A stretch of 64,000 bases of DNA from the human T2T-CHM13v2.0 reference genome, Homo sapiens. Both the position numbers and the translations under genes were made by a program. Position 1 is the first letter of the stretch, and the number at the start of each line of letters is the position of its first letter. The notes beneath the pieces were generated by a model, which was not told where the DNA came from, ran no database searches, and worked only from the letters and a program-made list of their open reading frames with translations. The DNA lies in the NCBI RefSeq assembly GCF_009914755.1, contig NC_060931.1. One strand, written 5' to 3'. Of this stretch, positions 52,851-64,000 are shown piece by piece.

Positions 52851-54854
52851 AATATTACTTTAAATATTAAAACATACTGTTAATGTATTTTTCCACACTC
52901 AAGTATCTTATTTATTTTGAGTATCTTTTCAGAGGTCCAAATTGATGATTACGTATGTTATCTCCTCATAAGCACTGTGTGATATCCCTCTGAAAGATGA
53001 AATTCTCTGTAGTGTCAGCATACCCGCAACCATAAGAACAGAAACTAGAACTGAATGAACCAATTTTACGCAGAGAACTACTCTTTTTTTCCTGATTCTA
53101 ACTAATAAGTCAAGTAATCTGAGACAGAACTCCAGGATATCAGAAGTGTGGGTGATACTTTCCAGGAAAAAATTAAATGTCTTTAAATAACTTCGAGAGT
53201 TGTAGTTAATTGAAGACAATGAATCTGAACTCTGAGACTATGATATTGTGCCATATGGCCCACATGTGCCAGGCTGTGATTGGTTGTTCCACAGTGTAGA
53301 TAAATGTCTGTAGTGTTGTAGAAGTTAGAAACTTGTGAGATTGTGAAGTGCACTGATAATGAAAATGCTTAAAATTGCACCAGTTGATAGCAAGTAGAGA
53401 AAACTATGAATCAAATGTTATGCCATTTTTTTGGAAAGTGTAGAGAGAAGCAAATACTATTAAAGATGGCCTCCCTCTACTGAATGTGGAGAGTGAAATA
53501 TGTCGAAACTTTTACAGGAGAGGTCAGCAGGAGAGGAGTTAAGGTGTCTTCAAGTCTCATTGATTAAAAAAAGGGATAAAGGTGAAAATTTGTTACCTCT
53601 GGGTGTCAAATGGTGGCACCTTCTCCTATTAGCATTAATAGTGTTCCACAAAGAAAACAGAAGAGAATAATAGGTGAAATATTTGGCAGAACAGAGAGGA
53701 AAGTCGAGGAAGTAAAACAGATGACTAAGGTATTTGAAGAACAAGAGCCTTGTATCAGCAATTGTGGATAGAGGATAGAGCCCTGCCTCAAACTCTGTCA
53801 CATCAACTATTAGCAAATCAACCTCAAATATATTATTTAATTTTTGGAACACTGATGTGTATAATCTTTACCTGTTGGATTTGAAAAGTTATACTCCTAG
53901 TTTGGAATAAGGAATTGATATACTTCCAAAGAGATAGTCAAGAAGCCTGCTCTAAAGAAAAGGTAATAATTTTGTTCTTTTATATGCATTTTTTAAAAAA
54001 AATTATTTCCCTTGGTAATGATTGTTTCCTTTTGAATAGTTCTAGTTATATTGTATCCTCACTTGGGATTGTAAAATATTTATTGCAAAAATATTGACCT
54101 TCAACTGAATATTTTTAAGATATTTTCGATTATTCCTCATTTTCTCTGTCCCCTTTTAAGGTGTTTTTCTTTTTATTCACTTTCACTCAGTATCAGACTA
54201 TCTGTCATTTATCATGGTACATTTACTGTGAACTGAATTTCACCAGCCAGTTCTTGATGACTCTGTCTACCTGCAAGACAATGCAATAAATCACAAGGAA
54301 ACACCCCCATTAAATATATATTTTTATGAAATTTTTGAAAACCATAAATTAAATTTTTTTAAGTCTTAAAATTACAAGCACAATAGTTCCATTCCCAGAT
54401 ACAATGGAATCAGCACACTCCACCCTGTCTCTCCCACTGAATGCACTGTAAAACCTTCACATAATGCATAGAGCAGCTATTTGAAGATGAACTCTCACCA
54501 ACCTGGCTGTGAGTTTACCACTACTTTTCCTCCAGTATACCCTGGCCTGGACATAAGGTCACCCAAAACCAGGAAGTTGGCACTGGCAGTAAAGAGATAA
54601 CTCCAACAGAAGCCATGTAGTTATGGCTTAAGGAAAGGAGGCTCCTAAATCTAGAAAAAGTGAGAAAATTTCTCCCATGTGTTTTATCTTCTTTCACATG
54701 CACACTAGCTCTAAAGCAGTTTGGCTACAGGGATTGTGGTGGTAGCAACAGTTGCAGCAGAAGCAGTCACCTGAAATTCTGAGGAAAGAAGCTCTTCCAC
54801 TCTAATCAGAGAAACTGGAGTCCCAAGGGGACGGGTTCAGCTTCCATTGTTTTT

Positions 54855-55158
54855 TATTTATTTGTTTGTTTGTTTTGAGACGGAGTTTCACTCTTGTTGC
54901 CCAGGCTAGAGTGCAATGGCATGATCTTGGCTTACTGCAACCTTGTCTCCTGGGTTCAGGCGATTCTCCTGCCTCAGCCTCCCAAGTAGCTGGGATTACA
55001 GGCATCCACCACCACACCCAGCTCATTTTTGTATTTTTAGTAGAGACAGGGTTTCACCATGTTGACCAAGTTGGTCTCGAACTCCTGACCTCAGGTGATC
55101 CACACACCTCGGTCTCCCGAAGTGCTGGGATTACAGGCGTGAGTCACCCCACCTGGCC
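54855..55158 (-). mobile_element. AluS (Sq/Sp-like)
   Basis: GAGTTTCACTCTTGTTGCCCAGG diagnostic; TSD CATTGTTTTT at 54845-54854 and 55159-55168. Confidence 0.96.
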
Positions 55159-56133
55159 CATTGTTTTTATTCTGTGTTGTGCTGTTTGATTGCATTTTCA
55201 GGAAGTACCTAGTGAATGAGTGAATAAAACCATAGCTTTCTGGCCAGAAGACAGAAAAATGAGTCCCAGGGAGTTAGAATGTGTTAGAGATATCACAGAG
55301 AGGTAAAAGCTCAATATAGCAACGTCATAGCCATTTATGAATTTCTGAGATCACCTCTAAGATGAATGTATGTAAAGCTAATCTAATGCAGCATGCAAAG
55401 TATTTGAGATTTGAACTAAGACAGAAACCACTGCCCAGGTTCCAGACTATCCAGTGGGTAGTGCACATGCAGAACACATCCAAATATCACTGAAAAGACT
55501 TTGAAATGTAAGTGAGGTGGACACCACAACCAAAAGAGAAGACTGGTTACAACTTGTAGCTCAAATCCAATCAGGTGGTTAGCCTGCAACAACAAAAATG
55601 GTCAACACTCTTTATAATATTTAAACAATATCCAGAGCTTCAAAACATAATATGCAAAATGTTTAGTATACAATCTAAAATAACCCAACATATTCAGAAC
55701 CAGTAAAACTGAAATCACACACACACAACACTCAACAGACACCAATACTGAGAAAGCACAGGTGTTAAAATTATCTGATAGACTTTAAAACAAGTTATGA
55801 AAATGCTCTAAGAAGTAAGTTCAAACACACTTGAAATAAATAGAAAGACAGAGTCTCAGCAAAGATTTAGATAGTGTGAGGAAAACCCAAATAGAACTTT
55901 TATAACTGAAAAAATACAGTAACAACAACAACAACAAAAAACTACTCTTGCTGAATTGACTCAATAACACAATGGAGATGATAGAGGGAAGAGGCAGTGA
56001 ACTGGAAGATATATTAGTAGAAAGTATCCATCTGAAAAACAGCGAGAAAAAAGATTTAAAGTTATTAGCAGATACTCATGGACCTAATAAGGTAAATTAT
56101 AATGGAGACCGGGCCTGAAGAATCCCATAGCAG

Positions 56134-57279
<1,146 letters not shown>

Positions 57280-58205
57280 AAGAATCCCTTAGCAGGCAAA
57301 CCCAGTTAGCGATCTAAACCCTGCTTGATTTGCAAACATAAACGAAACTTAATTTGAGCTATTTCTTGTAAATGCTTTAAAGAAAAACAGAATTCTAGCT
57401 CAACTGATCAAAAGCAGCCAACAGACAAAATTATGTAGCTAGAGACTTTCCAACAGGGTAGGCCAAATAAGGCAACTGTATAACTGTAACCAATCAAGTA
57501 ATTTCTTTATTGTGTTTCTGCATTTTCCCCATAAATATTTGTCTCTGATGCTTTGTCATCAGAACTCAAAACCTCTGTTGGATTGGTGTTCCCCAATTCA
57601 TGAACTACTTCTTACTCAAATAATTCTTAAAAATTTTTATCATGGCTGAGTTTATCTTTTTTAAAGATCAAAAGATAAAACTGTCATCAAAATCCCACTA
57701 GATAATGTGAAAAATATATATATTTGAAAAATAATATCTGAAAACTTCCCAAATTCGATGAAAGACATAAACCTGTAAACTCAAGAAACTAAGCCAAATA
57801 TAAACTCAAGTGAATCCATGCTCACACATATCTTAGCCCAATAATAAAAACTAAAGCAAAAAAAAAAAAACTATCGATAACAAAACACCAGAGAAAAATG
57901 ACACTTATAGAAGGCAATTAGAATGATTGCTGATTTCTCATCAGAAACTATGAAGATGAGAGTGAAGTAAAACACCATTTTTAAAGTGCTGAAGAAAAAA
58001 CCCTCAGTATCCTATATTAAATAGAAACATCCTTCAAAAATGATAATAAAATAAATACAGTTGACAGAAAAATAAGAGAATTTGTAGCTGGGATACCTAC
58101 TCTAAAAGAATTGCTAGTGCAAGTTAATAAGCCAATGAAAATAATACCAGAAAAAATTTGGAATGTAAAAAGTAGAGAAGCTATATAAATTATAAGTATC
58201 TAGGT

Positions 58206-58712
58206 GTATTTTTCTCCATTTCTGTTGTAACGGATCACCATAAACCTTCTGACTTCACACAGCACGAATTTAGTATCTCATACTAGGTCAGTGATCTGGC
58301 ACAGTGTGACTGGATCCTCTGATCAGAGATTCACAGGGCTGTAATTGAGCTGTCAGTTAGGGCTATGGTTCACTGGAGGTTGAAGACCTTTTCTTCCAAG
58401 CTGATTGGTTGTTGGAAGACAATATTTTCTTCTGATGTTTCCATGTGGACCCCTACATGTTCAAGCCAACAGTATTTTGAGTTCTACTTGTGCTTCAAAT
58501 ATCTCTCCCTTCTCTTTCTGTCACCAGACAAAGATTTCTGCTCTTCTGGCCTTTTATGATTACACTGGACTCACCTAGATAATCTCCCTCTTAACAACAA
58601 CTGATTACTAACCTTAATTACATCTGCAAAATCCGTTTTGCTTTTAACATCACAAACATAAAAGTAACACCACAGAATAGAAATCATGAGGGCTAAAATT
58701 CTGCATACCACA
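58206..58712 (-). mobile_element. MLT1E/F-type MaLR solo LTR
   Basis: TGTATTTT...TTGTAACGGATCACCATAAAC...CCTAGATAATCTCCC...TTAATTACATCTGCAAAATCC...TTCTGCATACCACA. Confidence 0.75.
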
Positions 58713-59814
58713 TTGGGTAAATAAAATATACCATTCTCATTTTAAATTATTTATAATATATTTAAGAGTTAAAACATAACGGTAGACAAAGATTTGTGTC
58801 TCTTTCTATAGTTACTACCTTTCTTTTATGATTCATTGAAAATTGCCAATTGCTATACTGTCTCAGGATATTTACCTAGTATTGAACAAGAGTCTTCCAT
58901 TTCTTAACTGCAGTCATGAAAGTATGTAACGACTCTCAACTGAGGTGCTGTTTTTTTTTTTGACAAGTAGCAGAAATCCAAATCTAAGATGTGATAATGA
59001 ATACAAAAATGTAATTCACCCAGCAATCATTTAGAAGGTAGAATTATTTCAGGGTTAAAAATTCTGTGACTTAACAGAGACCAAGAAACCAAGGTTGATC
59101 TTTTGTCCCTTTAATGATCATAATACGATAGTTACTATAATTATTGTATATATTTGTGGGGTTTTTTTGTGATTTCACTTACTAAAATATAAACTTCAAG
59201 AGACCATGTCTGTCTCCCTCATCTTTGAACCTGTAGTGACTAGCATAATATCTGGCACAAAGTAGTCATTAAATACATATTTGTTGAATGAGTGAATAAA
59301 TAAACTTTTAACTTTTCCTTTAATTCTGCCAAATAACAACTGAGAATTTTTGTAAATACAGAACTCTGTAAATTCTGTAAAAAGTATTTACAGAATTTCT
59401 GTAAATACTTTAAAAACCAGAATGCCTACAATCAACGTAGATAATTTACTTTGAAGTTTCTAATGTGACTTGTTTTTATGTAAAAGATTTATAATTTTCA
59501 GATCTTGGTTCAAAGTAGGTGTTCATAAGCTTCAGATTATCCAAAATAATCTTAACTTGCATTCACGACTCTTAGTAATTTCTCCATGCCAGGTATAGTA
59601 TTATCACTAAAAATAAAACAGAGACAAATGTGTATAGATGTCTAGATTAGTGAGGGGACAAACAAGTACAAATACTAAATAATAGACGTTAAAGCAAAAG
59701 GTACTCCCATGAAGAAGAATCACTAAATTTAGACTTAAAGAAGTCATAACAGGCTTCTTAAAAGAAGAAATATCTGAGCTAAATTTAAAGAAATAAAGTG
59801 AGAAGATGACAGAG

Positions 59815-60026
59815 TAATTTATTTTGTTGTGTATCTTTAAGCTGTACAACATTATGCTTTATATATTTATACATAGTGAAATGGGTATTTCAGTCAAGTA
59901 AATTAACATATTCATTATCTCACAGAGTTACTCTCCCTATTTTTGTGGTAAAAGTTTCAAAAATCTTCTCGGCAAATTACAAGTATACAATATTATTAAC
60001 TATAGTCCTTATGCTGTACATTAGAT
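59815..60026 (-). mobile_element. L1MA/MB 3' end fragment
   Basis: TTAAGCTGTACAACAT...AATTAACATATTCATTATCTCACA...TATTAACTATAGTCCTTATGCTGTACATTAGAT. Confidence 0.75.
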
Positions 60027-60329
60027 AGGAAATGATATCACTCAGGGAAGTATTTACTGTGTAAAAACAGGGGAGCATAATACATTCTTGGAAATCTTTC
60101 TACTTATTGTTTTCTAGGTAAGAAATAAGGGAAAAAATTTTAGGAGAATTTAGCCTTCATTTTAAATTAATAGACATGCCAAATAAGTTTCCTATAAAAA
60201 GCTTCCTATTTTTCTTTTTCACAGTACCATTTTCTTCTTACATTCTCACAGGAGTATTTTCGTTCCCTTGCTTGTTTTTATAATATACATATATGTGTTT
60301 ATTTACCATATGTGTATATGTAGTATATG

Positions 60330-60850
60330 TAAATACATGTTTATGTATTCAAAATATTGTTTTGCAATTTTAAAATTAAGTATCTTTGTTTATTATACTT
60401 GTTTTCTTTCAATATTATGTTTGTAAATTTTTATTGATCTTCATTTATGTATTAGTTTATTTTAACTTTTACTGTTATATATTATTACATATACTGTGCT
60501 TTATTTGTTTATTCTAATAGTGATGAAATTTTGGGTTGTTTCCAATTTTATCTTTTTTAAAAACAATGCTTCTATGCATATGTTTCTTTTGTGCACATGA
60601 AGAGAGAATTCTTTAGAAAACATGGCCAGGCATGGAATGGCTGAGACTCAGTGTATGAACATGTTCAAATTTCCTAGACATTTCTTATTGGTTTATCTAA
60701 TTTGTTGCTGCGATTTCTATGACCACTTCTAGTATATGAGGGATTCTATTTTTTCTCATATTCTTGCCAAAAATTTGCATTTTCAGAGTCTTAAATTTTT
60801 AGGAATCAGCTAAATGTCAAACAGTACATTACTGCTCTTTTAATTTGAAT
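60330..60850 (-). mobile_element. L1ME 3' region fragment
   Basis: TTTGGGTTGTTTCCAATTTT...AAACAATGCTTCTATG...CATATTCTTGCCAA. Confidence 0.6.
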
Positions 60851-60854
60851 GTTC

Positions 60855-61549
60855 CTGGTTACCAACCATGGTCCAATAATTTGAACAGGGGGAATAAGAC
60901 TCTTAACTAGGCAATATGTAGTTACAAATGGGTATAGAGGAATTTTCTGCTGAGTGGCTATTCACCCTTGGACTATGTGGGAAAGTTAGTAAGAAAGGAA
61001 TTGGGAAATTTGAAGGAGGGAGAACAGAAAAACTAATATGTAGAGAGCTGAGGAGAGGACATGGTTGTCACAGAAATATACTGCCCAAGACTGTGGTAAC
61101 AAGAACATTGGCCTCCACTGTGCCATGAGATTAGGGGCTGCCGCCAAAGTATGAGGATAAAACTTTACAACATTGATTGTTGTGCTAGAAATGTTTCAGC
61201 TGTTGAGCTGTGTGAGCCAAGACTATCTGTCAATATGGTAACAAAGAAACTGGTTGAGTGGACATTACCCTAAACTGCAAAATCAGCATGTGACTAGCAA
61301 TCTTTCTGGGACCTTGGCATGCCTATCCACTCAGAGTTGCATGAAAAAGAGAACACTCAAAAAAAAAAAAAGTCTACTATTTATCTTCCGGTTTGGCAAA
61401 GTCCTTCCAGAGTCCTCTATTTGCAGAGCCTAATATTGATTCAGCTGGCATAAGAGTACTGTAGTTTGAAGAGTCCAGTTTCAGCATCACAAAGCATGGC
61501 AAACATGGGTGGGCTTGAAGCTGAAAGGAAATAAATTATAACTGGCACA
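60855..61549 (-). mobile_element. ERVL-class LTR (3' LTR of the adjacent internal relic)
   Basis: Minus strand PPT AAGGGGTGGAC immediately followed by the TGTGCCAGT LTR start at 61549; far boundary approximate. Confidence 0.6.
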
Positions 61550-62436
61550 GTCCACCCCTTTGGCCACTCGCATCAACCCATTCATTTCTACATGAATGTA
61601 GACATATATACAACGTCAAAATAACTCTATGTTTCCACCTGTTAAGTTCGATTTCTTCTTTATATAAGTGATGATGAGCCTACCCTTTCCCCCAAATGAA
61701 GAGACATGGAATTCCAACAATTGTATTCATGGCTTCCTCAAATTTAGTGACAAGACTCATTGAATATTATCTTACTTAACACTAAATGGTAGAGTTAGCA
61801 ACCCACAAGCTTGCATAAAATAATTCAGAAAAAAGGGGAGGAGAAAATATTTCATATGTGCATATTAAATATATTCATATTATAAGCAAGGAAAAACTAT
61901 GTAAAGTTTCTATTCTTTTCATTTCTGTCATTGATCCAAGGCCACTCTTGTTAATTATCATTGCCTTCTGTTCTCCTATATGTCCTTTGCCTTAAATCTA
62001 GACCTCAACAGCTTAGAGGTCCTTACCTCATGGAAGGACTGAAACCTTAATTGCTAAAGGGTCTCAATATTCAATGATTTTACTTATTTCAGTTACTGTA
62101 GTTTTCTGTGGAACTTTACTAATGAGAAAGGAAATACTTATAGCTACTCAGAGAACTTCCGACTTTTCGACATAGTCTTCCCATTCCCACTGTTAACAGC
62201 AACCCAATTTCCCCTTGGTAATTGGGATCAGTCACTCTAGCCAGTAAAGTATTCCCTTATTTTCTAATTGGTTTACTGGAAAAAGGAGCACAGAATGCTT
62301 AGCAAAGAGTGTAATATTAGAGTACAATAAAAACTTTGTTACATCCCCTTGTGAAAGCATTCGCCCCCTGGAAATGAAGACCCCCAAACAAGCGGAATTT
62401 AAGGTTACCAGATCTGGAAGCAAAAATTTGACGTGT

Positions 62437-62490
62437 CAAACCTGCACGTTGTGCACATGTACCCTAAAACTTAAAGTATAATAAAAAAAA
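62437..62490 (+). mobile_element. Extremely 5'-truncated L1PA (54 bp)
   Basis: CAAACCTGCACGTTGTGCACATGTACCCTAAAACTTAAAGTATAATAAAAAAAA flanked by TSD core TTTGACGTGT. Confidence 0.9.
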
Positions 62491-63426
62491 TTTTTGACGT
62501 GTAAAATAAAGTAAAATAGTGAGGGAAACCTTTTCCACTTCCATCCCTTGATTCTTAGACCCATGTATTTTTGCTATAGGAGAGACAGAACCATGTAATG
62601 GTCTCTGATATAAAATATGTACTGCATCCTATAAGACTCCTGTTCTATCATGTGTTTTTAGGACATTGACTCTTAACTGACACAACTCTTATCTTTATTA
62701 AGCCATTCCAACCTTCAATGAGGCCAAGCACTTCTGTGTGATAGGGTACACGGGAAGGCCTTTTAATTACATAGGCAGACGCCCATTGTTGCACTTCCTT
62801 AGCATTGCAATTAGTTAATTGATTAGAAGTGATGCTGTTAATACAATTACATTATTACTGGACATATTCTGGGATATGCATTTCCCTTTCCCATCTGTAA
62901 TACTGTGTCAGTATTACCATCCATGGACTTGTGGAATATCTTAACCACCATCATGTTACCATTGAAGCTTCATGACCATGCAATTAATTGCCACTATGGC
63001 CACTCTGTTCATTAACCCATTGAGTAATCACTGGAAAACCCTGGCATGACTTGGGCAAGAGGCTTATTGACATCCACAGAACGTGCAGTGTTGTCCACTG
63101 CAGGAGCATCTCTGGGCGAACATTCAAATAGAACATGAATATCTTCACTATCTACTCATTCTGAGCAGCTCATGAACACATTTCTTCCCTAGACTTCCCT
63201 ATCACCAACTTTCTAATCCTAATCCTTCCCATCCATCACTATCCAGCCAAACCAATAGCAAGCATACATGAATCCATTAAAAATCATATTTCTGGCCATA
63301 TTTATTTCAGAAAACATGGGCTACAAAATGTACCACTTGAAAATCTTCCCATTGGGAGTGTTTTTCTTCACTCCAGTCTTTCTGAGGTACAGTTTGAGAG
63401 AGAAGCAACTGTCCACTTTCAAATGG

Positions 63427-63553
63427 TAACAGCATATCTTGCAGAGCGGATTATAATTATAACAGCCTATATTATAACAGAATATCTTGCAGAGCTGATT
63501 ATAATTGTAACAGCATATATTATAACAGAATATCTTGCAAAGCTGATGATAAT
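63427..63553. repeat. 48-bp minisatellite, ~2.6 copies
   Basis: Units start at 63427, 63475 and 63523; consensus TAACAGAATATCTTGCAGAGCTGATTATAATTRTAACAGCMTATATTA. Confidence 0.92.
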
Positions 63554-64000
63554 AAGGGTTTTCTTTCTTCCCCTTTTATCAACTGGTTATAAAAACAAAC
63601 TCTCCATGAAACCAAATGCATAAGCTTATATGGAAGAAGAGACAGAAAGAGTAGAGAAATCAGTGCCAAAGGGAAGTGACTTACTTGTACCGGGAAATTA
63701 TTTGTGCCTTCCAGACCTGCCTAAGCCTCATCTCTTATATACTATTTCCACTTGACGGATCATGGTGCACATGCCTAATCGTGTGGACATATGAATTGTT
63801 TATGATTATGATTAGCAGCTCAGGTCTCATTGTCACCTGAAGCCATATACTTACCTATTCATTCTCTACTGAAGCCCATTAGCAAATCAGCAGCAAAAAA
63901 CAAAAGGTGTGGGTTTTTCTTCAAGAAACCCAAAAGCTACTCAGAGATTCTCTGTTGGTTCTCGTTAGAGGTTCCATACAGAACCCCTCTTTGCCATAGA

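Larger units (their letters stand above)
61550..64000 (-). mobile_element. ERVL-class internal relic (pol RNaseH/integrase, dUTPase), runs off the window
   Basis: Minus strand GAATCAAGGGATGGAAGTGGAA, GACTGATCCCAATTACCAAGGGGAAATTGGGTTGCT, GAAAGTGGACAG and GCAGGTCTGGAAGGCACAA are colinear with the recalled HERVL-type consensus. Confidence 0.75.

Noticed and set aside
49111-53852. ORFs of 100-134 aa (49111, 49715, 52002, 52061, 53550)
   Set aside because: No recognisable domains, low-complexity F/L/S/I composition or located in L1M 5'UTR debris; consistent with chance.

Overview
AT-rich, CpG-depleted primate genomic DNA (AluY and L1PA4-type elements point to a catarrhine, probably human). It is mostly transposable-element debris, and I can support no host protein-coding gene, RNA gene or CRISPR array. 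The ORFs I can assign are L1 ORF2 remnants or antisense-Alu read-throughs, and the rest look like noise. The main structure is a 7.4-kb two-LTR ERV1 provirus (MER4 group, MER51/MER61-like) on the minus strand at 32000-39399. It has a 4-bp TSD, a tRNA-Arg PBS, a PPT and a decayed env TM relic, and it sits inside an old L1PA that appears 5'-inverted. The window also holds ten Alus or Alu fragments, several L1PA/L1M/L2 pieces, MaLR/ERVL/ERV1 solo LTRs and three ERVL internal relics. Points worth a second look are template-switch scars (a templated insertion within an L1, a dispersed 36-bp duplication, a perfect 31-bp palindrome), a 48-bp minisatellite, and two GC-richer segments I cannot assign (19376-19965 and 12600-13430). 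I found no convincing new biological system. Repeat subfamily names come from recalled consensus sequences and need RepeatMasker/Dfam confirmation; boundaries of old elements are approximate.
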